Shown here piece by piece: positions 41,187 to 56,100 of a DNA stretch of 64,000 nt. The stretch's first letter is position 1; every line of letters starts with the position of its first letter. The position numbers and the translations under genes were made by a program. The notes below the pieces were generated by a model. The model saw nothing but the letters and a program-made list of their open reading frames with translations, had not been told where the DNA came from and did not search any database. The DNA is from the human T2T-CHM13v2.0 reference genome, Homo sapiens: assembly GCA_009914755.4 (NCBI GenBank), contig CP068257.2:8320001-8384000 (forward strand), written 5' to 3'.

Positions 41187-44100
41187 TTTTGTAGAATCTG
41201 CAAGTGGATATTTGGAGCCCTTTGCAGCCTACGGTGGAAAAGGAAACATCTTCACACAAAAACTATACAGAAGCATTCTGAGAAACTTCTTTGTGATGTG
41301 TGCATTCATCTAACAGAGTTGAACCTTTGCTTTGATAGAGCAGTTTTGAAAAACTCTTTTTGTAGAAGCTGCAAGTGGATATTTGGAGTGCTTTGAGGCT
41401 TATTGTGGAAAAGGAAATATCTTCACATAAAAACTACACAGAAACATTCTGAGAAACTTATTTCAGATGTGTGCATTCCTCTCACAGAGTTGAACCATTC
41501 TTTTAATTGAGCAGTTTTGAAACCATCTTTTTGTAGAATCTGCAAGTGGATACTTGGAATGCTTTGAGGCCTATAGTGGCAAAGGAAATATCTTCACATA
41601 GAAACTACACAGTAGAATTCTGTGAAACTTCTTTGTGATGTGTGCATTCAACTCACAGATTAGAAACTTTCTTTTGATTGACCAGTTTGGAAACATTCTT
41701 TTTGTGGAAACTGCAAGTGGATATGTGGAGCCTTTTGCGGCCTAAGGTGGAAAAGGAAATATCTTCACATAAAAACTACACAGAAGCATTCTGACAAACT
41801 ATCTTGTCATGTGTGCATTCATCTGACAGAGTTGAAACTTTCTTTTGATTGAGCAGTTTTGCAAAACTCTTTTGTAGAATCTTCAAGTGGATCTTTGGAG
41901 AGCTTTGAGACCTATTGTGGAAAAGAAAATATCTTCACATAAAACTACACAGAAAGAGTCTGAGATACTTTTTGCAAAGTGTACATTCATTTCACCTTTC
42001 TTTTGATTGTGCAGTTTGGAAATACACTTTTAGTGCAATCTGCAAGCGGATATTTGCAGTGCTATGAGGCATATTGAGGAAAAGGAAATATCTTCCCATA
42101 AAAAAAATACCCAAAAGCATTCTGAGAAACTTATTTGTGATGTGTGCATTCACCTCACGGAGTTGACCCTATCTTTCGATAAGCAGTTTTGAAACTCTTT
42201 TTTTGGAATCTGCAGGTGGATATTTGGAGCGCTTTGAGGTCTATGGTATAAAAGGAAATATCTTCACATAAAAACCACACAGAAGCATTCAAAGAAACTT
42301 CTTTGTGATGTGTGCATTCAACTCACAGATTTGAACATATCTTTTTATTGAGGAGCTTTGAAAATCTCTTTCTGTAGAATCTGCAAGTGGATATTTAGAG
42401 CCCCTTGCTGCCTGTAGTGGAAAAAGAAATATCTTCACATAAAAACTACACGGAAGCATTCTGACAAAACCTCTTGGTGATGTGTGCATTCATCTCACAG
42501 AGTTCAACATTTCTTTTGATTGACCTGTTTAGAGACACAATTTATGTAGAACCTGCAAGTGGATATTTGGAGCCTTTTGAGTCCTGTGTTGGAAAAGGAA
42601 ATATCTTCACAGAAAAACTACACAGAAGCATTCTGAGAAAGTTCTGTGTGATTGTGCATTCATCTCACGGAGTTGAACCTTTCTTTTGATTGAGCAGTTT
42701 TGAAACACTCTTTTTTGTAGGAGCTGCAAGTGGATATTTGGAGTGCTTTGAGACCTATCATGGAAAAGGAAATATATTCACATGAAAACAACACAGAAAC
42801 ATTCTGACAGACTTCTTTGCGATGTGTGCTTTCATCTCACAGAGTTGAACTTTTCTTTTTATTGAGCAGTTTTCAAAAACTGTTTTTGTAGTATCTCTAA
42901 TTGGACATTGGGAGCGCATTGAGGACTATGGTGGAAAAGGATACATCTTCACATAAAATCTACACAGAAGCATTCTGAGAAATTTCTTTCTGATGTGTGC
43001 ATTCAAATCACAGATTTGAATCTATCTTTTGATTGCACTGTTTTCAAACTCTCTTTTTGTAGAATCTGCAAGTGGATATTTGGAGCCATTTGTGGCCTCT
43101 GGTGGAAAAGGAAATATCTTCACATAAAAACTACACAGAAACATTCTGAGAAACTTCATTTTCATGTGTGCATTCATCTCAGAGAGTTGAACTTTTCTTT
43201 TCACCAAGCAGCTTTGAAACAGTCTTTTTGTAGAATCTGCAAGCGGATATTTGGAGCCCCTTGAGGCCTACTGTGGAAAAGAAAATATCTTCACATAAAA
43301 ACAACACAGATGCATTCTGAGAAACTTCTTTGCAATGTGTGCATTCATCTCACAGAGATCAACTTTCTTTTGGTTGAGCAATTTTGAAACACACTTTTTG
43401 TAGAATCTGCAAGTAGATACTTGGAGTATGTTGAAAAGGAAATATGGTGGAAAAGGAAATATCTTCACATAAAGCTACACAGAAGCATTCTGAGAAACTT
43501 CTTTGTGACATGGTCGTTCAACACACTGTGGTGAACATTTCTTTTGATTGAGCAGTTTTGAAACCCACTATTTGTAGAATCTGCAAGTGGATATTTTTAG
43601 TGCTTAGAGACCTATTGTGGAAAAGGAAATGTCTTCACATAAAAACTACACAGAAGCATTCTGAGAAACTTCTTTGTGATTTGTGCATTCATCTCACAGA
43701 CTTGTAAATTTCATTGAGCAGTTTGGAAACACTCTTTTAGTAAAATCTACAAGTGGATACTTGGAGTGCTTTGAGGCCTATTGTAGAAATGGAAATATCT
43801 TCACATAAAAACTACACAGAAGCATTCTGAGAAACTTCTTTGAGATGTGTGCATTGAACTCAGAGTTGTACCTATCTTTTGATAGAAGAGTTTTTAAACT
43901 TTATGTAGAATCTGCAAGTGAATATTTGGAGCACTTTGTGGCCTATGGTGTAAAAGGAAATACCTTCACATAAAAACTACACAGAAGCTTTCTGAGAAAC
44001 TTCTTTGTGATGTGTGCATTCGTCTCAAAGAGACGAACCTTTAATTCGATTGAGCAGTTTTGAAACACTCTTTTTGTAGAATCTGCAAGTGAATATTTGG

Positions 44101-47100
44101 AACGCTTTGGAGAGAATGGTGGAAATGGAAATATCTTCATATAAAAACTATGGAGAAGCATTCTGAGAAACGTCTTTGTGATGTGTGCATCCAACTCACA
44201 GAGTTGAACCTTTCTTTTGATTGAGCAGTTTTGAATCCCTCTTTTTGTAGAATCTGCAAGTGGATATTTGGAGTGTTTTGGGGCCTATGGTAAAAAGGAA
44301 ATATCTGCACATTAAAACTATACAAAAGCACTCTGAGAAACTTCTATGTGATGTGTGCATACAATTCACAGTGTTGAATATTTCTTTTGATTGTGCAGTT
44401 TTGAAACACTCTTTTTGTAGAATCTGCAAGTAGATATTCGGAGGGCTTCACAGAGTATAGTGGAAAAGGAAATAACTTTGCATAAAAGCTACACAGAAGC
44501 ATTCTGATAAATTTCTTTCTGATGTGTGCATTCAACTCACAGAATTGAACCTTTCTTTTGATTGAGCAGTTTTGAAACACTATTTTTGTAAAATCTGCAA
44601 GTGTATATTTGGTGCAATTTGCATCCAATGGTGGAAAAGCAAATATCTTCACATAAAAACTAGACAGAAGCATTCTGAGAATCTTCTTTGTGACGTGTGC
44701 ATTCACCTCACAGAGTTGTAACTTTTTTTATTGAGGACTTTTGACACACTCTTTTTGTAGAATCTACAAGTGGGTGTTTGGAGCACTTTGTGGCCTATAG
44801 TGGAAAAGGATGTATATTCACATAAAAACTAGACAGAAGCATTCTGAAAAACATCTTTGTGATGTGTGCATTCATCTCAAAGAGTTCAACCTTTCTTTTG
44901 ATTGAGCACTTTTGAAATACTTTTTGGAGAATCTGTAAGTGGATATTTGGAGGGCTTTGGGTCCTATGGTGGTAAAGGAAACATCTTCACATAAAAACTA
45001 CACAGAAGCATTCTGAAATACCTCTTTGTGATGCTTGCATTCATCTCACATAGTTGAACCATTCTTTTTATTGAGCAGTTTTGAAACAATCTCCTTGTAG
45101 AATGTGCAAGTGGATATTTGGAATGCTTTGATGAGTATGGTGGAAAATGAAAAATCTTCACATAAAAACTAGACAGAATTACTCTGAGAAACTTCTTTGT
45201 GATGTGCACATTCATCTCACAAATTTGAAAATTTCTTTTGATTGAGCAGTTTTGAAACGCTCTTTTTCTAGAATCTGCCAGTGGTTATTTGGAGTGCTTT
45301 GAGTCCTATGGTGGAGAAGGAAATATCCTCACATAAAAACTAGAGAGAAGCATTCTCAGAAACTTCTTTGTGATGTGTGCATACATCTCACAGAGTTGAA
45401 ACTTTCTATTGATTTAGCATTTTTTATACACTTTTTGAAGGATCTGCAGTTGTTATTTGGAGCCCTTTGGGGCCAATGGTGGAAAAGTATTATCTTCTCA
45501 TAAAAACTAGACAGAAGCATTTTGAGAAACTTCTCTGTGATGTGTTCATTCATCTCACAGATTTGAACCATTCTTTTGATTCAGCAGTTTTGAAACACTC
45601 TTCGTAGAATCTGCAAGTGCATATTTAGATCGCTTTGAGAAGTGTGGTGGAAAAGGAAATATCTTCACATAAACACTAGACAGAAGCATTCTGAGAAACG
45701 TCTTTGTGATGTGTCCATTCATTTCACAGAGTTGAAACTTTCTTTTCATTGAGCAGTTTTGAAACACTCTTTTTATAGAATCTGCAAGTGGATATTTGGA
45801 GCGCTTTGGAGGAATTGTGGAAATGGAAATATCTTCATATAAAAACTACGGACAAGCATTCTGAGAAACGGCATTGTTATGTGAGCCTTCAGCTCACAGA
45901 GTTGAACCTTTCTTTTGATTGAGCAGTTTTGAATCCCTCTTTTTGTATAATCTGCAAGTGGATATTTGGAGAGCTTTAGGGCCTATGGTGGAAAAGGAAA
46001 TATCTTCACATAAAAACTACACAAAAGCATTCTGAGAAACTTCTTTCTGATGTGTGCATACAACTCCCAGAGTTGAATCTTTCTTTTGATTGTGCAATTT
46101 TGAAACACTTCTTTTGTAGAATCTGCAAGTGGATATTCGGAGGGCTTTGCCGAGTATAGTGGAAAAGGAAATAACTTTGGATAAAAGGTAGACAGAAGCA
46201 TTCTGAGAAACTTCTTTGTGATGTGTACATTCAACGTACAGAGTTGAACCTTTCTTTAGATTGGGCAGTTTTCAAACACTATTTTTGTAATATCTGCAAG
46301 TGGATATTTGGTGACCATTGCAGCCTATGGTGGAAAGGCAAATATCTTCACATAAAAACTATACAGAGGCATTCTGAGAATCTTCTTTGTGATGTGTGCA
46401 TTCTTCTCACACAGTTCAACTTTTCTTTTGATTCAGCAGTTTGGAAACAGTATTTTTCTACAATCTGCAAAGGGATACTTCTTAGCCGATTTAGGCCTAT
46501 GGTGAATTAGGAAATATCTTCACATAAAAAATAAACAGAAGCTTTCTGAGAAACTTCTTTGGGATGTGTGTTTTCATCTCACAGAGATGAAACTTTCTTT
46601 TGATTGAGCAGTTTCGAAACTCTCTTTTTGTAGGATCTGCAAATGGATATTTGGAGCGCTTTGAGGCCTGTGGTGAAAAAGGAAATATCTTCACATAACA
46701 ACCAGACAGAAGCATTCTGGAAACATTTTTGTGATGTGTGCATTCATCTCACAGAGTTGAACCTTTCTTTTGATTGAGCAGTTTGGAAACAGTCTTTTAT
46801 AGTATCTGCAGAGAGATATTTGTGAGCATTTTGAGGACTTTTGTGAGAAAGGAAATATCTTCATATAAAACCTAGTCAGAAGATTCTGAGAAACTTCTTT
46901 GTGATGTGTGCATTCAACTGATAGAGTTGAAACTTTGTTTTGATTGAGCAGTTTGTAAACAGTCCTTTTGTAGGATCTGCAAAGGGATAGTTCTGGGCCC
47001 ATTGAGACCTATGGTGAAAGAAGAAATATCTTCACTTAAAAACTAGACAGAAGCATTCTGAGAAACTTCTTAGTGATGTGTGCTTTCATCTCACAGGTTT

Positions 47101-50100
47101 GAACTTTCTTTTGATTGAGCAGTTTGGAAACAGTGTTTTTGTAGAATCTGCAAAGGATATTTTGAGCACTTTGACGCCTATGGTGAAAAAGGACATATCT
47201 TCACATGAAATCTAAACAGAAGCTTTCTGAGAAACTTCTTTTTTATGAGTTCATACATCTCACAGAGGTGAAACTTTCTTTTCATTGAGCAGTTTGGAAA
47301 CAGTCTTTTTGTACAGTCTGCAAACAAAATTTCTGCGAAGTTGGAGGCCTATCGTGAAAAAGAAATATCTTCAGATAAAATGTAGACAGAAGTATTCTGA
47401 GAAAATTTTTTGTGATGTATCTATTCATCTCACAGATTTGAATTTTTCTTTTGATGGAGCAGTCTGGAAACAGTCTTTTTGTAGTATCTGCAGAGGGATG
47501 TGTGAAAGCAGTTTAAGGCCTGTGGTGAAAAAGGAAATATCTTCACATAAAAACTAGGTAGAAGCATTCTAAGAAACTTCTTTGTATTGTTTGCATTCAT
47601 CTCAAAGACTTGAACCTGTCTTTGGACTGAGCAGTTTGGAAACTGTCGTTTTGTAGAATCTGTGAAGGGATATTTCTGAGCCCATTGAGGCCTATGGATG
47701 AAATAGGAAATATCTTCACATAAAAACAAGACAGAGGATTTCTGAGAAACTTCTTTGTGATATGTGGTTTCATCTCACAGAGTTGAACCATTCTTTTGGT
47801 TGAGCAGTTAGGAAACAGTATTTTTGTGGGATCTGCAAAGGGATATTTCTGTTCCCATTGACGCCTATGGTGAAAAAGGACATATTTTCACATAAAAAGT
47901 AGACAGAAGCTTTCTGATAAACTTCTTAGTGATGTGTGCTTTCATGTCACAGATTTGAAACTTTCTTTTGATTGAGCAGTTTGGAAACAGTCTTTTTGTA
48001 GAATCTGCAAATGGATATTTGGAGTGCTTTGAGGCCTATGGTGAAAAAGGAAATACCTTCACATGAAATATAAACAGAAGCTTTCTGAGAAACTTCTTTT
48101 TGATGCGTGCATACATCTCACAGAGTTGAACGTTTCTTTTTATTGAGCAGTTTGGAAACAGTCTTTTTGTACAATCTGGAATGGGATATTTCTGAGAATT
48201 TGGAGGCCTATATCGAAAAAGAAATATCTTCACATAAAAACTAGACAGAAGTATTCTGAGAAACTTCTTTGAGATGTATCCTTTCATCTCACAGAGTTGA
48301 ACCTTACTTTTGATGGAGCAGTTTGGAGACAGTCTTTTTGTAGTATCTGCGGAGGGATATCTGAGAGCAGTTTAAGGCCTGTGGTGAAAAAGGAAATATC
48401 TTCACATAAAAACTAGGCAGAAGCATTCTGAGAAACTTCTTTGTGATGTATGCATTCAACTCAAAGAGGTGAAACTTTCTTTGGATTGAGCAGTTTGGAA
48501 ATAGTCCTTTTGCAGAATCTGCAAAGGGATATTTCTCAGTCTATTGAGGCCTATGGTGAAATAGGAAATAACTTCTCATAAAAACCAGGCAGAAGGTTTC
48601 TGAGAAACTTCTTTGAGATATGTGCTTTCATCTCACAGAGCTGAACCTTTCTTTTGGCTCAGAAGTTTGGAAACAGTCTTTGTGTAGAATCTGCAAAGCG
48701 CTATTTTTGAGCACCTTCTGGACTGTGGTGAAACAGAAAATATCTTCACATAAAAACTAGACAGAAGCTTTCTGAGAAACTTCTTTATGATGTGTTCTTT
48801 CATCTCACAGAGTTGTAACTTTCCTTTGATTGAGCAGTTTGGAAACACTCTTTATGGGGAATCTGCAAGTGGATATTTGGAGTCCTTTGTGGCCTATAGT
48901 GGAAAACGAAATATCTTCACATAAAAACTAGACAGAATCATTCTGAGAAACTTCTTTGTGATGTGCACATTCATCACAAAGAGTTGAACATTTCTTTCGA
49001 TTCAGCAGTTTGGAAACAGTCCTTTCGTAGAATCTGTGAAGGGATATTTCTCAGCCCATTGACGCCTATGGATGAAATAGGAAACATTCTCACATAAAAA
49101 CTAGACAGAAAATTTCTGAGAAACTTCCTTATGATATGTGGTTTCATCTCACAGAGTTGAACCATTCTTTTGGTTGAGCAGTTTGGAAACACATTTTTTG
49201 TAGAATCTGCAAGTGGATATTTGGAGCACATTGAGGCCTATGGTGGAAAACGGAATATTTTCACATAAAAATTAGACAGAAGCATTCTGAGAAACTACTT
49301 TGTGATGTGTGCATTCAACCCACAGAGTTCAACCTTTCTTTTGATTCAGCAGTTTTGAAACACTCTTTTTGTAAAATCTGACAGTGGATTTTTGGAGCGC
49401 TTTGAGGCCTACAGTGGAAAAGGAAATATCTTCACATAAATAGTACACAGAAGCATTCTGAGAAACTTCTTTGTGATGTGTGCATTTAACTCAAAGAGTG
49501 CAGTCCTTCTTTAGATTGAGCAGTTTTGAAAGACTCCTTTTGCAGAATCTGCAAGTGGATGTTTGGAGCGCTATGTGGCCTTAAGTGGAAAAGGCAATAT
49601 CTTCACATAAAAACTAGACAACAGCATTCTGAGAAACTTCTTTGTCATGTGTGCATTCATCTCACAGAGTTGAAGCTTTCTTTTGATTGAGCAGTTTTGA
49701 AACACTCTTTTTGTAGAATCTCCAATTGGATACTTGGAGCGTTTTGAGGCTTATGGTAGAAAAGTAAATATTTTCACGTGAAAACTACACAGAAGCATTC
49801 TGAGAAATTGGTTTGTGATGTGTGCATTCAACACACAGAGTTGAACCTTTCTTTTGATTGAGTAGTTTTGAAACACACTTTTTTTTAGGATCTGCAAGTG
49901 GATATTTGGAGTGCTTTGTGGCCTAATGAGGAAAAGGATATATTTTCACATAAAAACTACGGAGAAGCATTCTGAGAAACTTCTTTGTGATGTGTGCATT
50001 CATCTCACAGAGTTCAACCTTTCTTTTGATTGAGCAGTTTTCAACCACTCTTTTTGTAGAGTGTGCAAGTGGATATTTGGAGCACTTTGAGGCTTATGGT

Positions 50101-53100
50101 GGGAAAGGAAATATCTTCACATAAAAACTACAGCGAAGCATTCTGACAAAGTTCTTTGTGTTGTGTGTGTTCAACTCACAGAGTTGAGTCTTTCTTTTGA
50201 TTGAGCAGTTTTGAAACACACTTTTTTTAGAATCTGCAAGTGGATATTTCGAGTGCTTTGCAGCCTCTGTTGGAAAAGGAAATATCTTCACATAAACTAG
50301 ACAGAAGCAATCTGAGAAACTTCTTTGTGATGTGTGCATTCATCTCACAGAGTTGAAACTTTCTTTTGATTGTGAAGTTTTCAAACACTCTTTTTGTAGA
50401 ATCTGCAAGTGGATATTTGGAGGTCTTTGTGACCTACAGGGGAAAAAGAAATATCTTCACATAAAAACTAGACAGAAGCATTCTGAGAAACATCTTTGTG
50501 ATATGTGCATTCATCTCACAGAGTTGAAATTTTCTTTTTATTGACCAGTTTTGAAACGCTCTTTTTGTACAGTCTGCAAGTGGATAATCATAGTGCTTTG
50601 AGGCCTATGGTGGAAAATGAAATATTTTCACAATAAAATTAGACAGAAGCGTTCTGTGATACTTCTTTGTGATATGTGCATTCATCTCACAGAGTTGAAC
50701 CATTCTTTTGATTGAGTAGTTTTGAAATACTCTTTTTGTAGAATCTGCAAGTGGATATTAGGAGCACTTTGTGGCCTATGGCGGAAAAGGAAATATCTTC
50801 ACATAAAAACTAAAGAGAAGCATTCTTAGCTACTTTGTTTTGTGTGCATTCATCTCACAGAGTTAAACCATTCTTTTGATAGAGCAGTTTTGAATGTCTC
50901 TTTTTGTAGAATCTGCAAATGGATATTGGGAGCGCTTTGAGGCCTATGGTGGAAAAGGAAATATCTTCACATAAAAACTACAGAGAAGCATTCTGAGAAA
51001 CTTCTTTGTGATGTGTGCATTCAATTCACAGTGTTCAACCTTTCTTTTGATTGAGCAGTTTTGAAACACTCTTTTTGTAAAATCTGCCAGTGGATATTTG
51101 GAGCGCTTTGAGGCCTATACTGGAAAAGGAAATATCTTCACATAAAGAGTAGACAGAAGCATTCTGAGAAACTTCTTTGTGACGTGTGCATTCACCTCAC
51201 AGAATGGAACCCTTCTTTTGATAGAGCAGTTTTGAAGGACTCCTTTTGTGGAACCTGCAATTGGATATTTGGAGTGCTATGTGACCTTAAGTGGAAAAGG
51301 CAATATCTTCACATAAAAACTAGACAGAAGCATTCTGAGACATTTCTTTGTGATGTGTGCATTCATCTCTCAGAGTTGAAGCTTTCTTTTGATTGAGAAG
51401 TTTTGAAACACTCTTTTTGTATAATCTGCAAGTGGATATTTGGAGCACTTTGCGTTCTATAGTGGAAAAGGAAATATCTTCACATACATATTTGTCAGAA
51501 GCATTCTGAGAAACTTCTTCTTCATGTGTGCATTCATCTAACAGAGTTGAATCTTTCTTTAGATTGAGCAGTTTTGAAACACTCTTTTTGTAGTATCTGC
51601 AAAGGGATACCTGGAGAGGTTTGAGGTCTATGGTGTAAAAGGAAATATCTTCACCTAAAAACTAGAGAGAAGCATTCTGAAAAACTTCTTTGTGGTGTGT
51701 GCATTCATATCACTGTCTTGATCCATTCTTTTGACTGAACAGTTTTGAAACACTCTTTGTGTAGAATCTGCAAGTGGATATTTGGAGCCCTTTGGGGCCT
51801 ATTGTGGAAAAGGAAATGTCTTCAAATAAAGACTAGACAGAAGCATACTGAGAAACTTCTTTGTGATGTGTGCCTTCATCTCACTGAGCTGAAACTTTCT
51901 TTTGATTGAGCAGTTTTGAAACACTGTTTTTATAGAGTGTGCTAGTGGATATTTGGAGCGCTCTGATGCTTATGGTGGAAAAGCAAACATCTTCACATAA
52001 AAACTACAGAGAAGCATTCTGACAAAGTTCTTTGTGCTGTGTGCGTTCAACTCACAGAGTTGAAACTTTCTTTGATTGAGCAGTTCTGAAACACTCTTTC
52101 TGTAGAATCTGCAAGTGAATATTTGGAGCACTGTATGGCCTCTGGTGAAAAAGGAAATATCTTCACATAAAATCTAGACAGAAGCATTCTGAGAAATTTC
52201 TTCATGATGCGTGCTTTCATCTCACAGAGTTGAACCTTTCTTTTGATTGAGCAGTTTTGAAACACTCTTTTTGTAGAGTCTGCAAGTGGATATGTGGATC
52301 ACTTTGAGGCCATGATAGAAAAGGAAATATCTTCACATAAGAACTAGACAGAATCATTCTAAGATACTTCTTTGTGATGTGTACATTCAACTCACAGAGT
52401 TGAACATTTCTTTTGATTGAGCAGTTTTGAAACACTCTTTTTGTAGAATCAGCAGTTGGATATTTAGAGCGCTTTGAGGCCTATGGTGGAAAAAGAAATA
52501 TCTTCACATAAAAACTAGACAGAAGCATTCTGAGAAACTTTTTTGTGATGTGTGCATTCAACTCACCAAGTTGAACATGTCTTTTTATTGAGCAGTTTGG
52601 ATACATTCTTTTCGTACCATCTTCAAATTTGTATTTGGACAGCTTTGAGGCCTAAAGTGGAAAAGGAAATATCTGCACATAAAAACTAGACAGAAGCATT
52701 TGGAAAAACTTCTTTGTGATGCGTGCATTCATCTCACAGAGTTGAACCATTCTTTTCATTGAGCAGTTTTGAAGCACTCTTTGTAGAATCTGCAAGTGGA
52801 TATTTCGATCTCTTTGAGGCATACAGTGGAAAAGAATATATCTTCCCTTAAAAACTAGCCAGAAGCATTCTGAGAAAGTTCTTTGTGATGCGTGTATTCA
52901 ACTCACAGAGTTCAACCTTTATTCTGATTGGGCAGTTTTGAAACACACTTTTTGTAGAATCTGCAATTGGATATTTGGATCGCTTTGCAGCCTCTTGTGG
53001 AAAAGGAAATATCTTCATATAAAAACTACAGGGAATCATTTTGAGAAACTTCTTTGTGATGTGTGCTTTCAGCTCGCAGAGTTGAAACTTTCTTTTGATT

Positions 53101-56100
53101 GTGAAGTTTTGAAACACTCTTTTTGTAGAATCTGCAAGTGGATATTTAGAGTGCTTTGACGCCTATGGTGGAAAAGGAAATATCTGCACATGAAAACTAG
53201 AGAGAAGCATGCTGAGAAACTTCTTTGTGTTGTGTGCATTCATCTCACAGAGTTGAACTTACTTTTTGTTGAGCAGTTTGGAAACACTCTTTTTGTAGAG
53301 TCTGTCATTGGATATTTGGAGCGCTGTGAATCCTATGGTGGAAAAGGACATATCTTCACATAAGAACTATAAAGCAGGTTTTCTAAAAACAACCTTGTAA
53401 TGTGTGCATTCATCTCACAGAGGTAAGTGTTTCTTTTCTCCTATCAGTCTGGAAACTCTGTTCTTGTACAATCTCAAAGGGGGTATTTTTGAGCACTTTG
53501 AGGCCTATTGTGACAAAGGAAATATCTTCACATTCAAAGTATAAAGAAAGTTTCTGAGATACTTCTTTGTGATATGTGTATTCATCTCACAGATTTGAAC
53601 GTCTCTTTTAATTTAGCCCTTTGGAAACAGTCTTTTTGAAGAATCTGCAAACGGATATATGTGAGCACTTTGAGGCCTATGCAGGAAAAGAAGTATCTTC
53701 ACAGAAAACTATAAAGTAGGTTTCTGAGAAACTGTTTTTTGATGTCTGCATTCATTTCACAGAGGTAAACAATTATTTTCTTTGATCAGTTGGGAAACTC
53801 TGTTCTTGTAGGATCTGCTAAGGGACATGTTTGAGTGCCTAGAGCCCTATTGTGAAAAAGATATTGTCTTCACATAAAAACTAGACAGAATTCTACTGAG
53901 AAACTGCTTGGTGATGTGCGCATTCATCTCACAGAATTGTAACTTTCCTTTGATTAATCAGTTTAGAAACGTCTTTTTGTGGAATCGGTAAAGGGATATT
54001 TCTGATCACTTTGAGGCCTATGGTGAAACAGAAAGTATCTTCACATAAAAACTAGACTAAAGATTTCTGAGAAACTGCTTTGTGATGTATGCATTCATCT
54101 CACAGAGTTCAACAATTCTTTTGATGGAGCAGTTGGGAAACCACCTTTTTGTAGAATCTGCAAAGGGATATTTGTGAGCACTTTGAGGTCTATGGTTAAA
54201 AGGAAATATCTTCACATAAAAACTATAAAGAAGGTTTGTGAGAAACTTCTTTATGATGTGTGCATTCATCTCACAGAGTTGAACCATTCCTTTGACTCAG
54301 TGGTTTGGAAACAGTCTTTTTTAGGATCTGCAAAGGGATATTTTTGAGCATTTTAAGGCCCATGGTGAAAAAGGAAACACTTTGACATAAAAACAAGATA
54401 GAAGCTTTCTGAGAATCATCTTTTTGATATTTGCATTTATCCCACAGAGGTGAACCTTTCTTTTGGTGAGCATTTTGGAAGCAGTTTTTGGTAGAATTTC
54501 CAAAGGGTTATTAGTTAGTGTTTTGTGTCCTAAGTTGGAAAATGAATTTTTTTACATAAAAACTAGACAGAATAATTCTGAGAAACTGCCTTGTGATGTG
54601 TGCTTTCATCTCACAGAGGTAACCATTTCTTTTCATTGAACAGATTGGAAATTCTGTTCTTGTAAAATCTGCAAAGAGATACTTGTCAGCACTTTGAGGC
54701 CTATGGTTAAAAGGGAATTATCTTCACATAAAAACTAGACGGAAGCTTTCTGTGAAACATCTTGGAGATATGAGAATTCATCTCACAGAGTTGAAACATT
54801 CTTTTGATTGGGCAGTTTGTAAACAGTGTTTTGGTAGAATCTGCAAATTGATATTTGTGATGCTTTGAAGCCTATGGTGAAAACGAAATATTTTCACATG
54901 AAAACTAGAGAGAAGCTTTCTGAGAAACCTCCTTGTGATGTGTGCATTCATCTCACAGATTTGAAACTTTCTTTGTATTGAGCAATTTGGAAACAGTATT
55001 TTTGTAGAATCTGTAAGGGCATATTTTTGAGTGGTATGAGGCCTATGATGAAATAGGAAATATCTTCACATAAAAACTAGACAGAAACTTTCCGAGAAAC
55101 TTCTTTGTGATGTGTACATTCATCTCATAGAGTTCAACCATTCTTTTGATTGAACAGTTTGGAAACAGTCTTTTTGTAGAATCTGCAAAGGGATATTTAT
55201 GAGTGCTTTGAGGCCTATGGTTAAAAAGGAAATGTATTCACATAAAAAGTATAAACAAGGTTTCTCAGAAACAGCTTTATGATGTATGCATTCATCTCAC
55301 AGAAGTAAACGTTTCTTTTCTCTGATCTGTCTGGAAACTGTTCTTGTAGATTCTGCAAAGGGATAATTGTGAGTGCTTTGAGGCCTATGGTGATAAAGGA
55401 AATATCTTCACATAAAAATTAGAGAGAGGCTTTCTGAGAAACCTCTTTGTGATGTGGACATTCATCTCACAAAGTTGAAACTTACTTTTGATTGAGCAGT
55501 ATGGAAACTGTCTGTTTGTGGAATCTGCAAAGGGATATTTATGAGAGCTTTGAGGCCAATGGTGAAAAAGGAAATATATTCATATAAAAGGTATAAAGAA
55601 GGTTTCTTAGAAACAGCTTTGTGGTGTGTGCATTGATCTCAGAGAGGTAAACGTTTATTTTCTGTGATCAGTCGGAAAACTCTGTTCTTGCAGAATCTGC
55701 AAAGGGATATTTGTGAGTGCTTTGAGGCCTATGGTGAAAAAGAAACTATCTTCACATAAAAAACTAGACAGAAGCTTTCTTAGTGGCTTCTTTGTGATGT
55801 GTGCAATCATCTCACAGAGTTGAACCATTCTTTTCATTGAGCAGTCTGGAAAGAGTGTTTTTATAGAATCTGCAAGGGATATTTGTCACTACTTGGACTG
55901 CTATGGTGAAAAAGGAAATATCTTCACATAAAAAATGGACAGAAGATTTCTGAGAAACCTCTTTGAGATGTGTGCATCCATCTCACAGAGTTCAACCATT
56001 TATTTGATTGAGCAGTTGGGAAGCAGTCTTTTTGCAGAATCTACAAAGGGATATTCCTGAGCACTTTGAGGCCTGTGGTGGAAAAGGAAATATCTTCACA

